A stretch of 63,550 nt of DNA, filler included, from Octopus bimaculoides (lineage: Eukaryota): NCBI RefSeq assembly GCF_001194135.2. It is 3 parts of 3 records of this genome, joined end to end, with 100 filler letters (N's around TTAATTAATTAA, not from the genome) between each part and the next. Parts side by side here need not be neighbours in the genome. Positions count along the whole stretch, not along the records: positions 1 to 29,286 come from NC_069000.1; 2 more parts are not named here. The stretch is one strand, 5' to 3'. This document shows, in pieces, positions 1-15,624 of this stretch. The position numbers were made by a program, and so were the translations under genes. How positions within the stretch are numbered: position 1 is the first letter of the stretch; each line of letters starts with the position of its first letter. The notes below the pieces were generated by a model. The model had not been told where the DNA came from. It did not search any database and saw only the letters and a program-made list of their open reading frames with translations.

Positions 1-342
1 AGGTAGATAGATAGACAGATGCGTGTGTATATGCACGTATGTATTTATGTATACGTGTCTATATAAAACTGAATGTGATCACGTCTGTGTAAGGCAATGG
101 AAGAAGAAAGACAATATTCGAAGCAACAAATAGAGTGCAATGATATATTAATTGAATCTGAAGTTTCGTAACTGCAGGTTTCATGGCTGTGATCATCAGA
201 AAAACATATGATGAGTGAAAGAAAATTTGAAGACACTGTTAGGAAGAATATTCAACACAATATGTGCGCGTGTGTACGTGTGTATGTATGTATGTGTGTA
301 TTAATTGATTTATAACCAATGAAAGCCTAATATTTGTGTGTG

Positions 343-459
<117 letters not shown>

Positions 460-2541
460 ACAACTTACCAAATGACAGATGTCTATTCGTTTGTCGGAGC
501 TGTATACATTCAAGTGACTTGTATACACTTTACACGTTCGCTGTTGATGGTTGAAAAAGCCCTCGTTCAGATGCTATCTTAACGAATTATAAATCATAAA
601 ATAGGAGATAGATAAACCTGAAGGATATGAAATTATGTAAGAGAGTCAGAAATAAGAAAGAAGTTAGAAGTGGAGAGGAAATAATGTTGAACGAATTGTG
701 GTAGGAGAGTAGATTCATAAAATCTACTACTTGGAACACATCTTATGCAACGCAAGTAGACGAAGAATGAGAAAAAGAAACAAAGAAACAAAGAAACAAG
801 AAAATCGTAAGGGATAGGGAGAGGAGCGCAAACGGAGAGGATAGAACAAAAGGATCCTTACAGAAAGGAAAAATGATGGAGGAAATGCAACAGAAAAAAT
901 GGGATACAACGTGATAGAAGTAGCTAAATAAGAGATCAAAAATAAAATAAATAATCAAGTAAAATGGAGAAGAAAGAAGTTTAGAGTAAGATGATGAGGA
1001 GTAAATAACGGAATGATGAAGGATGAAGGATGAAGTAATGGGAGAAAATAGGGAATATCGTCGAATTAAACTTTCTCCCAAAAACTATTGTACTCTTCAA
1101 ACACATCCAAATGTTATCTGATTTTAGGTTGTATATTTAGAGAGTGAGTAAATTAGTGAGGATAATTTTAAAATATATTGATGTCTGCTTGTTCCCGCGC
1201 CTGCAAAAAAATGTATGAGTGTAATGGTAATAAAGTGAACGAAATTGCGTTGAGAGGTCACAGCTCCGGTACTACCGACATGTGATTAGTATGTTGCAGG
1301 AAAGAATCACGAGACGAAAAATGGGGCAGAGAAGATGGACGGACGGACGGACGGACGGACGGACGGACGGACGGACGGACGGATGGATGGTTAGTTTGGT
1401 ACATATATATNNNNNNNNNNNNNNNNNNATATATATATATATATATATATATATACGACGGGCTGCTTTCAGTTTCCGTCTAACCAAATCCACTCACAAG
1501 GCTTTGGTTGGCCCGAGGCTATAGCAGAAGACAAAGGTGCCACGCAGTGGGACTGAACTTGGAACTATGTGGTTGGTAAACAAGTTACTTACCACACAGT
1601 CACTCCTGAGCCTATATATATATTTATTTATTTATATGTTCACATACTCTCACAAATACATATACTTGTACGGACACAATTAAACATGGCTACAGACGTG
1701 TCAAGAGCGTGTTTATTTATTCAACAATGCATAACAATTACGCAGTATTACATAACTTCACATCATTGCATAGCAGTAGAATATCTGGACTTTAGTCGAC
1801 GAATTATCAAGTTAATTGCAAGATCTTCTTGATCCCCACTTCTTAATTATTGATCCCTTCTTCTTAATTATTTATGATGTTGACCCGCTTAAGTTTAAAT
1901 GAAACATTAACATCATCAAAGACTCCGGTCGCAGGGAGCCTACAAGTTTCATGGACTCTTCCTCTTCTCCAGCACTCAGCAATTAAAAAAAAAGCTTTCC
2001 TTTTAAACCATTAATATGTTATATAAAAGAGATTTCACTGTAATATCCCAGTGGAGGTTTGCTTGTTCGCTCATAATGATTAGTGACGCATATAGAAGTT
2101 GAATCGTCCATCAGATTGGTCAACGCTGCTTGTGTGTAGGACATATGTAACTACTATCACCAGCAGCAGCATCGGACGATGTTTTCTAACCAGGGTCACA
2201 TGGCAATGTCATTTTAGAAATAATAACCAATCAGATTCGTCTTCGTTAGGTGGCTCCGTAGACCTTATTGGTACATTAAACAAGAGATTTAAGATTAAAT
2301 GTTTATACTTATCTACGCTTATTAACGAGACATCTTTTAAACAATAGAATAACACGAGAACGCATTGATATGGATCAACGGATTTTAGCTTTAACTGCGT
2401 CCATTTGATGGAGGAGCAACGAAATAACATCTTCTTGGATCCGTTTGAATCCTTTGTTCAAGTTTTCTCTGACAATCCTTAAATTATATTAGAAGTTATC
2501 GCTTGATTTATTTGGAAAATTGAAGACGCATACATACACAA

Positions 2542-2572
<31 letters not shown>

Positions 2573-4100
2573 TAAAAACAGACACTCACATATATATGGT
2601 CAGCTGTTCTGAGGAATGAATAATTCGATTACATCGATCTCCAGTGTACAACTGGTACTTATTTTATCGACCACGAAAGGATGACAGGCTATGTCGACCT
2701 CGGTAGAATTTCAAATTAGAAAGAACCTAACGACGGACGAAATGCTGCGAAGCATTTTGTCCGCTGTGCTAACGATTCTCCCAGCTCACCGCCTTAATTC
2801 ATCTTCATACTGAGCTTTTTGTTACATGTATTGAAAACTACGAACCAATCTCCATGTAAATCGGGAGACCAGTTCATATATACTTTGAACTTTTGTATAG
2901 TTTTATTTATTGAATTCTATTCTTAAGGTCCCAGTTAACCAAATTTGCACAATGTGTGATGCGGTGGGATTAAGTTCGAAACGATGTGGTTGAAAATCAA
3001 ATTTCTTAGCCTCACAAAGCCTGCATCTTGTCTCTTTTGTCTATTTATTTGTCGCTATCGTTTTATGAGTGTCCTACGCTTCTTTGCAGCTGGTACAGCT
3101 GTTAAATATATATGTTAATATCAGTTTCAACGGTTTGTGTAAATCTTAATTTTGAAAAGCCAAAAAAAAAAAAGAAAGAAAAAGAAAAACAATAAGAAAA
3201 GAACGCAAACAACAAAGCAATTTTTCTTAGAATTGACATATTCTGATAAGAAAATCGAAGACAGACGATTCGAGAATGATTGTTATCGATAATCCAAACA
3301 GTTGACGCAATAAGAGTAAGTTAGTTTGCCATGAGAAAGAGGAGAGGGCTGGCGTTTTAAGCTGAGCGAGGAGTCCTTCATTAGTTTTCTCAGACTCTGC
3401 TATTTCATTTCAGTGTTTGAGGTCAGAGGTTTCTGATTAATTAGTCTTAGGATAATTCTGAAAAATGAATCGAAGACGAGCTTTATTTACTTAGGAAATA
3501 TTTGATAAAATGAGAAAATAGTTATGAAACTAGAATCTTTGTCGGTCAGTTTGGCCATGTATCTGCACGGGTATGCGTAGGCCTAGACGGGACTTGGGCA
3601 TTTTTTAATTATCTTTCTTCTTATTGCTCGCAACTGTCTTCTTTCCACGCCACCGATGTTTTCTCCAACTTGACTAAACATCAGTGATGGAGAGAGAGGA
3701 AAATTGTAACGCCTACGATTACACTGGTGCCAAGCTGTATCGGCCGACTTGTGCCGACATAGTTTGACAAAACAAAAACATGTAGCAATAAAGTATAGTA
3801 AATAACTCAGTCTGGCGCCTTTTAGATTCTCTAGCTAATTGCACTTTGTATGAATATATTCTAAACATCATCTGCAGGGGATTGACAAATTTATAAGATC
3901 ATCAGACAATTTAAAAGTTAAAACGTTTCGTTCCGAATCTTAGGTGGAGGAGTGACTGTCTGGTAAAAAGTTTCTTTCCCAACCACATGGTTCTCGGTTC
4001 AGTCCTGCTGCGTGACATCATGAGCGAGGGCCTTTTCTTATAGCCAAAGCCTTGTGAATGGATCTGGCAGATGGAAAATGAAAGACGCCACTCGTATATA

Positions 4101-4331
4101 CAGGGGTTGGACAAAATAATGGAAACAGCTTAAAATTTCAAACAAATTAATTTTAATATGGCGTAGGATCGCTTTTGGTAGTAATTACAGCTTGAATTCT
4201 ATGAGGTATGAATTCGTACAAAGTTTGAATTGTTTCCAAAGGAATTTTTGTCTATTCTTCAGCTAAAACAGTCTCCAGTTCTTGTAGTGATGATGGTGGA
4301 GGATATCGACTCATTTGTTTTTCTAAAATCG
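4101..4331 (-). mobile_element. Tc1-family transposon right end with transposase C-terminus
   Basis: TA then CAGGGGTTGGACAAAATAATGGAAAC, a Tc1-type terminal inverted repeat. The minus strand encodes SRYPPPSSLQELETVLAEE*TKIPLETIQTLYEFIPHRIQAVITTKSDPTPY*. Confidence 0.85.
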
Positions 4332-4898
4332 TGCCCCTTCTTGTTGACTCCAATATTTTCAATTATCTATTTACACAAGACAGATGTCTAAACACAAATC
4401 TGGCAGTACGTATAATGCCCCTACTGGACAGCACAGGATAAATCTGAAGGTGGACAAGCTTTATACTGTACTCTGCTACGTCTTAAACAGAATATATATA
4501 TATATACATATAAAATTGTGCAAATATATACATATATAGATAGATATATAGATATATATAAATATACCTCCATATATATGTATATCTATAAATATGTGTG
4601 TGTGTGTGCGTGTGTGACAGACAGAGACACAGATAGGGACACAGACTGACAGACAGACAAACCGATAAATGTATAGACAGATATATAGAAATAGCGACAC
4701 AGAAATTATTTGGATAGACAAACGAATACAGAGACAAACAGACATGTAATACAACAAAGTTCATTTACAATCCAAATACTTTTTTACCTACGATCGCCTT
4801 GCTCAAATCTAGCAATTTCCTATTTCCTTTTTCTCTTTAACATCAACAATATTTCTTTTAACATTCTCTATATCTTCATATATCTACTTATTCATCTA

Positions 4899-4958
<60 letters not shown>

Positions 4959-5853
4959 TTTCATTTTATGCATGTTTTCCGCCATATTTTCTCTCTTCAA
5001 ATGCGTCTATAGTTTGCCAATGTATTGTTGTTTATATATATCTACGATTCTGTATTTCCTTTGTATTAGATATAACGCGTTTATGTAGCTGCGATATTCA
5101 GACTTTCTTCTCTCTAATAATTGTGAAATTTTCCTGTTGGCTTTCGGGCGTTAAAACTAATTTATTTCTTCCAGAACGATACGTATATTATGCATAGCTA
5201 TGTTAGGCTCTGTCGCCGTCGATTTTGCATTTTTCTCTTTCTTTCTCTGTCATTTTCTACTCAAATACACACGTGCTTGCGTTAATGCATGCCGATATAT
5301 TGGTGTATGTGTGCGTACATTCGAAAATAAAGTCGGTCATTTATATAGGCACACACATATGCACAAGCGTACACATATGCATACACACACATACACGCGT
5401 GCACACACACATGTGATGTGTAAACGTACATATCTTTTGTCTTTCATCTGTTGCAGTAATTAGACTTCGGCCATGCTGGGGCACCGCCGTGAGAAGATTA
5501 TATTCCAATGAATTGACCCCAGTACGTTTTTTCTAAACCTAGGTCTTATTCTATCGGTATCTTTTGCCGAACCCCGAAGTTACGAGGTCGTTAGTGAACA
5601 CCGGTTGTCAAGGAGTGTTTAAAGACAAACAGACAGAAAGACACACACTTAGAACTATTATTGAATGCAGTGAAATGTTTAAGTGTATGTCTGTGTGTCT
5701 TATATATTCCACATTGTTTTCACCTGTCCTGTAGTCCCGTTTCATTCGCTTGTTCTTTTTCCCTTCTTTCTTTCTTTCTTCTTAGTCGTCTTCGACTCAT
5801 ACTACTACTACGTTTCATATAAAACTTCTACTGCTCATTAGATTACCCTCTTC

Positions 5854-5885
<32 letters not shown>

Positions 5886-6273
5886 CATCAACACCACCAC
5901 CAGCGTCGTCATCATCATCATCATCCCCTCCTCTCCCTCATCATCACCTTCATCATCATCATCATCATCATCATCACCATCGTTGTTGTGATTTATCTGG
6001 GTGTATGTAAGACGGCGAGCTGGCAGATTTGTTAGCACGCCGGGCGAAATGCTTAGCGGTATTTCTCAGTTCAAATTCTGCCGAGGTCGACTTTGCCTTT
6101 CATCCTTTCGGGGTCGATGAAATAATTATCAGTTATGTACTGAAGTCGATCTAGTCGAGTGGCCCCCTCCCCAAAAATGTCGGGCCATGTGCCTAGAGTA
6201 GAAAAGAAACTATCTGAGTATATGTACATAAATGTGAATGCATACACGTACGCAGCAGCGCCAGAGAAAGATA

Positions 6274-6309
<36 letters not shown>

Positions 6310-7563
6310 CTGCCAGGCAGATACATAAATATATGCTATCATACATGCATACATATGCACATAAATACACACATAAATACATATATGCATCGATACATAT
6401 ACATACATACATACTAATATATATCCACTTAAAAATGTCTACATATTTACATCTAAAACGTCTACATTGAGAAACCTAAAGAAAAAAAGAAATCACAAAA
6501 CAAATCGAATCAAGAAGAAAAAAAAGCGCCATATTCGATGCTATGCTTCAGGATACCACTTTCTATTTCTAATCATAAAATGGAAAATAACGAAAGTTTT
6601 GGTACCAAGGAAATGAAAAAACGTAGAATCATACCAAATATCGGTAAAACTTTTCGCTTTCATTTCTTTTCCATTTGTTTTTTGTTGTTTTTTTTTTCTT
6701 TTTTTTTTTGTGCGTGTCATTTGATTTCATTTTTATTATAATCTCATTGGTTTCTTACCTTTCAGAAATAGTTAAAATTCTTGAAATTTCTTGAAATTTC
6801 TGTTTTAACCAGGTTAACAAACTTCTGCCTTCCCTTTTTCTGTATTTAGTTACCGTTGTGATGCTGCTGTCCTTGCTGTTGTTGTTGTTGTAGTTGTTGT
6901 AGTTGTTGTTGTTATTGTTGTCATTATCGCTGTTACATTTGTTATTATTACTGCTGTTGTTGCTGTTGTTGTTGTTCCTGTTCTTGTTCCTGTTCTTGTT
7001 CTTGTTCTTGTTGATTGTGATATCGATGCTCTTCCTGTTGATGCTTGACTCAGGTTAGACAAAATTGTAAAAGAGCTAATGATCATAAGCGTTCCAACTG
7101 TGCCCTCTCTTTTATATGTTTGCTCGCTAACCTTATCATTATCGCTTACCAGAGAGCCATCGAGTTTCCGCTACATGTAATGCAGAGAAACAGGAAAGAC
7201 ACGCCAATGAATGCTAGTGGAAGTCCATGTCGGCCATATTAGAGACATGGACGTTTACATAAAGTGTTAACTGGAAGCAACATATCAAAATTTAATTATG
7301 TCAATTCACGTAAAAGTTGATTAGGTTTTCGGGAAGAAATAGAAATGCATGGCTTAATTGTCTGATATAAACCCACAGCAAGCATTCAGCTGTTTTACAC
7401 ACACATACATTCACATAAACATATACACATACACAGATAGAAAGATAGAGGAATGAATACAGAGAAAAATAGATAGATAGACAAATAGATACCTAGAGAG
7501 AGACAGATAGAGAGTGAAAGAGACAGGGGGAGAGATAAACATTGATAGATAGAATAACTGATA

Positions 7564-7608
<45 letters not shown>

Positions 7609-7721
7609 TTATTTATAAAGAGAGAGAATTATAGAGAGAGACGGAGAGAGAAATATAGATACATAAAATAATAGATAAACATATATATATGTATATATAT
7701 ACAGAGAGCGAGTGAGAGAGG

Positions 7722-7797
<76 letters not shown>

Positions 7798-8939
7798 TAG
7801 CAGACACACACAGAGACAGACAGACAGACAAACAGACGGGCAGGACTGAATTAATAATATTATAAATAGCAACGCAATTTTTTAAGATAAAAAATAAAGA
7901 CAAAAATATAATTATAAACAATTAAACAAAGATATAAATAACAAAATAACACAAAACATAAATATAAACAACTAAATAATCAGAAAATAACAATAAAAAA
8001 AAATAATAAATTATTGGACAAAGTTATAGTGAAACAAGTATGGCTGCCAGTAATTCGTTTAAGGGCAACTGTGCTATTGATTGGTGCAATGTGCCGTAGT
8101 TAGAGCGCTAATGGCTAGAAAGTATAATTGCAGATCGCTGGCATGTTGCCTGGCTGGTCGGTAGGTTGTTAGGTTGGTTAGTTGACTGAAGTGTATACAT
8201 ACAAACATTTGTTGACCAGCATGCTGGTCGGTTGGCTGGCTGGCTGGTTACCTGGATAGATAAGTGGGTGCCTGCTTGAGTGTATACCTGACTGGAATGT
8301 CCTGCGGTATTACTTTAAACTGTATCTGGTTGGGTGCCCTAATTTCGTGAGTCCCAGGGTTTTGAGAAGCTTATAAGAGAAGCAAGTAAGTTGAACGCCA
8401 TCAATTCACGTGAAGAAAGTTCGCCGCAAAAATATTACTACTACGGCACTCCGTCGGTTACGACGACGAGGGTTCCAGTTGATCCAATTAACGGAACAGC
8501 CTGCTCATGAAATTAACGTGCAAGTGGCTGAGCACTCCACAGACACGTGTACGCTTAACGTAGTTCTCGGGGAGACTCAGCGTGACACAGAGTGCGGCAA
8601 GGCTGGCCCTTTCAAATTCAGGTACAACAGAAACAGTGAGAGAAAGGTTTCTATGTTCTCTGGATCCATTCCCAGTGACTTCATAGTAGTCCTTAAGCGT
8701 ATATGTGTGGGTGAATATTAGTTGACTCAAGTGTCTGCATTTCATGGTTGTCTTATCTCTGGTCTGTCCAGGTATGACGGTCTTTTTAGGACTCGAGTAA
8801 AGAAGGTGTGTTATTGATGAGGTTGTGAATTGTGTCGAAAGAACCTCAACAATCTTAGATATTTGACTCACTGGCTCAAAGATTAAACACTCAAACTTTA
8901 ATTATCTGATTCTAGGTTTAATTGTTGATAAAAGAATTA

Positions 8940-10200
8940 AAATAGAACCAGTGTGTGTTTTGTATTGGCGTAATGACCCTCCCTAAATACAACGAAATCT
9001 GTCTCAACACAATTTGACACCATGAATCTTAAAAACCAAATAGAGAAACGAAATGATTTAAACAACTTCAGCAACAATGTGAAGAAGGAATTCACCCAGA
9101 AGAACTGTGGAAGAAATCTTTTTAAAAATAGTGATTTTTGGAAGTAGGAGAAAAATATTAGCAAAGAAACGATTGAAGTGGATAACAAACAAAACATTAT
9201 ATAACATTGAAGAAGCAAAAAGATGCGTAAAACCCAGTGGTAGAACATCTTATGAATTTAAACAAAAAAAGAACGCTATCGAGAACCGAGACATGAAATT
9301 CAAACTATGATAAAAAAAAAAAAAAAACAGAATTTGAAAACCAGGGAAACATTATGAAAATTTGTGGTGAAATTGAAAAAATTCAATAACAAACAATGGT
9401 AGAGATGCTTTTTTTTTTCTTAGAAAGCAGTGAAACTAATAACAAGAAAACTTGTACCAAGAAACGATGTTATCAAAGACAAAGATGGTAATATGTTTTA
9501 TGGAGTGAAAGATGGGAAGAATTCAGTGAGATTCTGGAGAAGAAGACAAGAGATATTAATCAAAGAGAAAAAATAATGAAAATGATCAAAGTGAGAATTG
9601 TGTTGGAGAAAGCGAACATCCACTACTAATGTCTGAAGTGCAAAAAGAAAGATGAAAATAAAATCTGAAAAAAATCATACTAAGTCCTGAAACAGATAAC
9701 ATGGAAGCAGAAGTTTTGGGGGAGAAAAAAAGAATGAAGCGTCGGTAAGATTCTTACACAGTCTGAGAACAAAACTATGGAACCGAAATTTATGGATGCG
9801 CAATTGAATTAAATCAATTGTCATCCAGACAGATTCGAAAAGAACAGAGATTTCCATACATTGTCAAACCCACAGAACGATGCGCTGATAATTCATGCTA
9901 GTAAAATCCTAAAATTCTAACCTTGCTGATAGAATTGAAGTCAAATGTGAAATTAAAATAACAGTGGAGTCCGTTGATTTTGGAACTGGAAAAGAAAGGG
10001 TTTCTAAAATGAGCCTCAAGATAGTTAATCGGGAAAAACAGAAAGCTTCATAACGAATTTACCGTTTCATTTACAGATTGCCGAACAAATTTTGAAGCAG
10101 ACATTTATGACAAATTTTTATCAGTGATGCAAGAATGGAATTTCTTTAACATTTTATAGAACTATCGATGAGATGGGGGCATGGCCTTGTGTTAGGGTGT
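8940..10200 (+). mobile_element. Highly degenerate RTE-clade LINE ORF2 fragment
   Basis: Recognisable islands VIKDKDGN (about 9470-9493) and IHASKIL (about 9890-9911), which precede the RT domain in RTE elements. Many stops and frameshifts; ends approximate. Confidence 0.6.
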
Positions 10201-10609
10201 NNNNNNNNNNNNNNNNNNNNNNNNNNNNNNNNNNNNNNNNNNNNNNNNNNNNNNNNNNNNNNNNNNNNNNNNNNNNNNNNNNNNNNNNNNNNNNNNNNNN
10301 NNNNNNNNNNNNNNNNNNNNNNNNNNNNNNNNNNNNNNNNNNNNNNNNNNNNNNNNNNNNNNNNNNNNNNNNNNNNNNNNNNNNNNNNNNNNNNNNNNNN
10401 NNNNNNNNNNNNNNNNNNNNNNNNNNNNNNNNNNNNNNNNNNNNNNNNNNNNNNNNNNNNNNNNNNNNNNNNNNNNNNNNNNNNNNNNNNNNNNNNNNNN
10501 NNNNNNNNNNNNNNNNNNNNNNNNNNNNNNNNNNNNNNNNNNNNNNNNNNNNNNNNNNNNNNNNNNNNNNNNNNNNNNNNNNNNNNNNNNNNNNNNNNNN
10601 NNNNNNNNN

Positions 10610-10651
<42 letters not shown>

Positions 10652-10759
10652 CTTGCGATTGATGACTGACACTCTATACCTACGTGTGCGAGTGCGTATG
10701 TCTATGTATGTGTGTATAATAACACTACATTTTTTCCAACTGAGGGAAGATGCGGAAAC

Positions 10760-10937
10760 ATGATGACGATGATGATGATGATGATGATGAGAAGGAGAAG
10801 TACGACGACGATGATGACGTCTATGATAACGATGACGACGATGACGATGACATCGCGGATGAAATTGATAATGACAGCGACGACGATGAAGATGACCACG
10901 GCGACTGCGGCGATGATAATGACAACTGCCACCACGT

Positions 10938-10989
<52 letters not shown>

Positions 10990-11549
10990 CAACAACAACA
11001 ACAACATGAAATTTGTTGACAATGACAAGTTCGTGGTACTGTTGAAGCGCTAGTGATGATCAGTCGGTCTGTCACCTTCATTGTAACATTCGCAATACAA
11101 TATAATACGTTAGCAAGAATTTGTTGTCGACCGAAATTGCTCTAATAATGATTTAGTCACGAAAAGATGTCCAATTTCTTGGCACTTCTTGGATGGCTTT
11201 GAAATTTGGCACAATTTTGTTTATCATCTCATTCCTTACAACCAAACACTCCTCTCTCTGTCTTTTTTTCATTCTACCCCATCCTCCCCTCTCTCTCTCC
11301 CTCACTCACTTTATCTGTTTGGTTATGTGTATGTGTGTGTATACTTGTATATATCTTTCCAATTTCTCCCTGTTATTCTCTTTCCTCAACCTCTTTTTCT
11401 ATCTCTCTTTCTTTCTTTCTCTCTTTTCACTTTCTCCTCCTCACTCCGTGTTTCTTGCTCTCTTTTTCCTTTTCTTCTTTCTCTCTTTCTTCTCTCTCTA
11501 TTCTCCTCTTCCTCTAGCCATTAGTACCGTTTCCCGCGTGCTCTCTCTT

Positions 11550-11584
<35 letters not shown>

Positions 11585-12860
11585 GTCTATCTACCTATAT
11601 CAATATATATATATTCCATTTTCCCTTGCTCCCCCTCTCTCTCTCCTTCTCACCTTCTCTTCTTCCTTCTCACTCTTTATTCACACATAATTCCTTCCCT
11701 CTAATAGTTCTTATTGTCGTTGCGTTCCTTGTTATTCTTCTTATCATTCGTCTTCTTTGTTTATTGTTGCTGCTACTCATGGTTGCAGCGCTGATAGCAG
11801 TTGCGGCGTTTGTGATGGGCGTCTCTGTACTCCTGCTGCTGCTGCTTCTACTGCTGCTGCTTCCGCTGCTGGTGGTGTTGTTGTTGTTTTTGTTTCAAAG
11901 CTACAATAACAAACGACTAACTACCATCTTGTTTTTACATTCAACAAATTGTACATCGCAACCCACAGCACACATCACATACCCCCACTATCACCACCAT
12001 CACAACCACTACAATTACCATCATCATCATCATCCTCATCGTCATCATCATCATCCTCATCATCATCATCATCATCATTATCATCATCATCGTCGTCGTC
12101 ATCACCGTTTCGAACTAGCATCACCATCTTCATCATCGCCAACGCCACCGTAACCACCACTACCATCATCAGCACCAACATCATCAGTACCAACATCCCC
12201 CTTTTGCTCAACCCCCATCATCATCATCAGCATCACCATCATCATTGCCAACATCATCATCAACAACACAACCACCACCACTTTCCCAATCGCCATCACC
12301 ACCTCCGTCTTCTTCACCTTCGCCATCAACACCATTATCATCACTACAGGCCAACATAAGAGTCAATACCATCACACTCACTTCAACACTACGACAGTTG
12401 CTATTACTACTGCCGCCGCTACACTATTACCACCGCTACCACGACCACTATCGTCACTGGTACATAAGCACCAACGTTATCATCACCGTAAATACCACCT
12501 ATGTAAACACAACCACCGCTCTCACCACCAGCGCTAACAACTGATGCACCTCCAACAACGCCATCGCCATCATTTATAATAACACCACCGTCACCACTGC
12601 ACCATCACTACCACAACTACTACCGCCACCAATACCACCACCACTTCTACCACCACAACCAAACGCTATTACTCTCAACAATGCCACCACCACTCTCAGC
12701 AATAACCCGCTGGAGAGCACCACCGTCACCACTAAATGCTAATACCAATACTCCACCATATGCAATAACAACACCAATACAAAGAATAACACCGACAACA
12801 ACAACACTTCCACTATAACTACCACCATCACCAATGCCAATCGCCATCCCCTGTCGCCAT
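10760..12860. repeat. Extended degenerate trinucleotide and CT-rich low-complexity region
   Basis: (GAT/GAC)n, (CTA)n, (CAT)n and (CAC)n tracts; the source of several spurious ORFs. Confidence 0.9.
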
Positions 12861-13334
12861 CATAGAGACTAACCTGTTATAGTCTAAATCACTTTATGAA
12901 ACGATCTCTTTGTACTCTAACACTCAGTGACCGACAGCATCCTTCACTCTCGCCTTCGACCTTCCACCCACCTGGTCCGAACTCTCTTTCTCTTTCCTCT
13001 GTTCTAATTCACTTCTCCTTCTTACCCCATTCCACCACTCTTCATCTTCCGCCTCCTTTTCCCGGTGGACTTTAAATTAGCTTTCACAAAATTTGTCACT
13101 TTTAATCACCTCTACGACATTCTGCCTACCAATCCTTCTTGCATCTGATATACAACAAAATTGTGGCGAAGCATCTACTCTGTCACGGCTGGTGGCTAAC
13201 TCCATCGAGTGTCTCTCCGTCAGTGTACGTGTGTGTGTGTGTTTGTGTTTGAGTGTGTATGTGCACACACGTATATGTGCTACTGTGTGCAAATATTCAC
13301 ATATAGATATGTAGATATCAATACATATATATAA

Positions 13335-13395
<61 letters not shown>

Positions 13396-13522
13396 TGTGT
13401 GTGTGTTTATATGTATATATAAATATGTATTTTGTATATATATATGTATATTTATATATCATACATATGTATATATACATATATCCATATGTATAAATAT
13501 ATTATATATGTACTCATATAAA

Positions 13523-13568
<46 letters not shown>

Positions 13569-14565
13569 NNNNNNNNNNNNNNNNNNNNNNNNNNNNNNNN
13601 NNNNNNNNNNNNNNNNNNNNNNNNNNNNNNNNNNNNNNNNNNNNNNNNNNNNNNNNNNNNNNNNNNNNNNNNNNNNNNNNNNNNNNNNNNNNNNNNNNNN
13701 NNNNNNNNNNNNNNNNNATTGTATGTCTATACTTATGTCTATCGACCGTTGAGGGCTTCCGCCGCACCGATGGCTTCTTTCCTTTCATCTTAATGCTTAA
13801 GTTTATGTATTTGTATGCATCTGTATGCATGTATGGGTATTAATAGATTCATACGTATATAGGTACGTATGTATGCATACATATGTATATATGTATTTGT
13901 ATATTTATGTATATATATATATACGTGTCGTGGGGGGTATGTTTATGTAGGTACGTGCGTATGTGTGTATAGAGAGACACATCTCTCTCTCTTTATATAT
14001 ATAAGCATATATACATAAATATATATATNNNNNNNNNNCACACACATATTGATCACATATGTATACATATGTGTCTCACACGCACACACACATACACATA
14101 CATATGTATTGTATATATGCACACACAAACACATATGCTTGTGAACATGCGTTGGTAAATGTGTGATTGTATGTCTATACTTATGTCTATCGACCGTTGA
14201 GGGCTTCCGCCGCACCGATGGCTTCTTTCCTTTCATCTTAATGCTTAAGTTTATGTATTTGTATGCATCTGTATGCATGTATGGGTATTAATAGATTCAT
14301 ACGTATNNNNNNNNNNATATGTATGTGTATATACACATACCTTTACATACATATGCATAAATACACTCACACAAATATATACACACACTCGCACAGACAG
14401 ACACACATAAACAGACTCAAACATATTCTCGAAATGCTGAGCATAGGTATTTGCGCGTAAAATGCAACATAAATGTACTAATGGATGTATCTAAGTATAT
14501 CTATACGAATTCAAGAAGTGGTATGTGTATATATGAGTGTGTGTGTGTGTTTGTGTGTGTGTGTT

Positions 14566-14606
<41 letters not shown>

Positions 14607-15198
14607 CTATATGCATGCGCGTATAACGCCGTCCCTCTCTGTCCTGCCTTCACTGTAAGGCCAATAACTTGATTGTACAGCTATGTTGCAGTCTCTGACT
14701 ATGTCTGTATATTCCGGTATGTTCCGGTGTTTTCCGGTGTGTTTCGTAAATGTAGTTGAATTAAGCTTACACCATAACTTTGAAATCAAGCTACTACTGA
14801 GTGCTTAGCAATTACTTCATGTGAACAACGCTTAAAACAAATGGTTTCTAGTTTTGATTAAATGCCAAATTCCTCTCTAAACACTCCAGTCTTATTTGGC
14901 TTCCCCATTCACTATGTACAAACTGCGGCAGAAAAACCTCCCATGCTTCACACGGCCATTGCTATGGTACTAGGGATGTTAGGCAGATGCTAATGGTGTC
15001 TACATGTAGCTAATCTCTTACCGTCTGCTGCAATGTTATAATAATGGCTTTCTTTTCAGATTATCTTGCAGTTACATTTTTAAAATTTATTAAAAGCGTG
15101 ACTGTGTGGTGAGAAGCTTACTTCTCAATCACATGTCTCAGGATTCAGTCTCATTGCTTGGTACTTTGGGCAACTGACTTTTACTATAGCCTCTAGAC

Positions 15199-15624
15199 CA
15201 GTGTTTCCCAATGTGGGGCGTATACTTCACCGGTGGTGCGTGGGAAGGTTGGAGTGGGGCATGTGTTAGCGTGGGTTGTGAAAATGTTTGCAAGTGACTT
15301 GAGTGCACACTTTTCAAACCTGAGTCTATCTTTGGACATTGAAATGACAAAAAAAAAACATCGCCATGCAATATTTATACTGAAACCATGGGATTTGATG
15401 TAGCTACGACCAATCAGCGTACCGAATGAGGTATCTGCATTTGTTAGCCGTTTGTTTGTCTGTTTCAATATCTCTTGTCCAGTGTCAAGTGTTTATAAAA
15501 GAAGTAGTGAGACTCTGCTCACTGTTGAGTCGAGGTATCCGTCAGCCAGGTAATTGAAGATCGTGTTTCTTTATTTTTAAAAAAAATGTTGATGGGCACC
15601 AACAAAAAAGGTTAGGAAACACTG
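15199..15624. mobile_element. hAT (Charlie-like) MITE nested in a SINE
   Basis: TIRs CAGTGTTTCCCAA / TTAGGAAACACTG, with a perfect 8-bp target-site duplication CTCTAGAC (15191-15198 and 15625-15632). Confidence 0.9.

Noticed and set aside
160-205. CTGATGA...GAAAC on the minus strand
   Set aside because: No stem II or stem I pairing; a chance match to the hammerhead core.
2100-2240. Two oppositely oriented CCAAT boxes
   Set aside because: Common motif with no adjacent exon or other support for a promoter.
13718-14306. 141-bp direct repeat (13718-13858 and 14166-14306)
   Set aside because: Identical copies adjacent to gaps; probably an assembly artefact.
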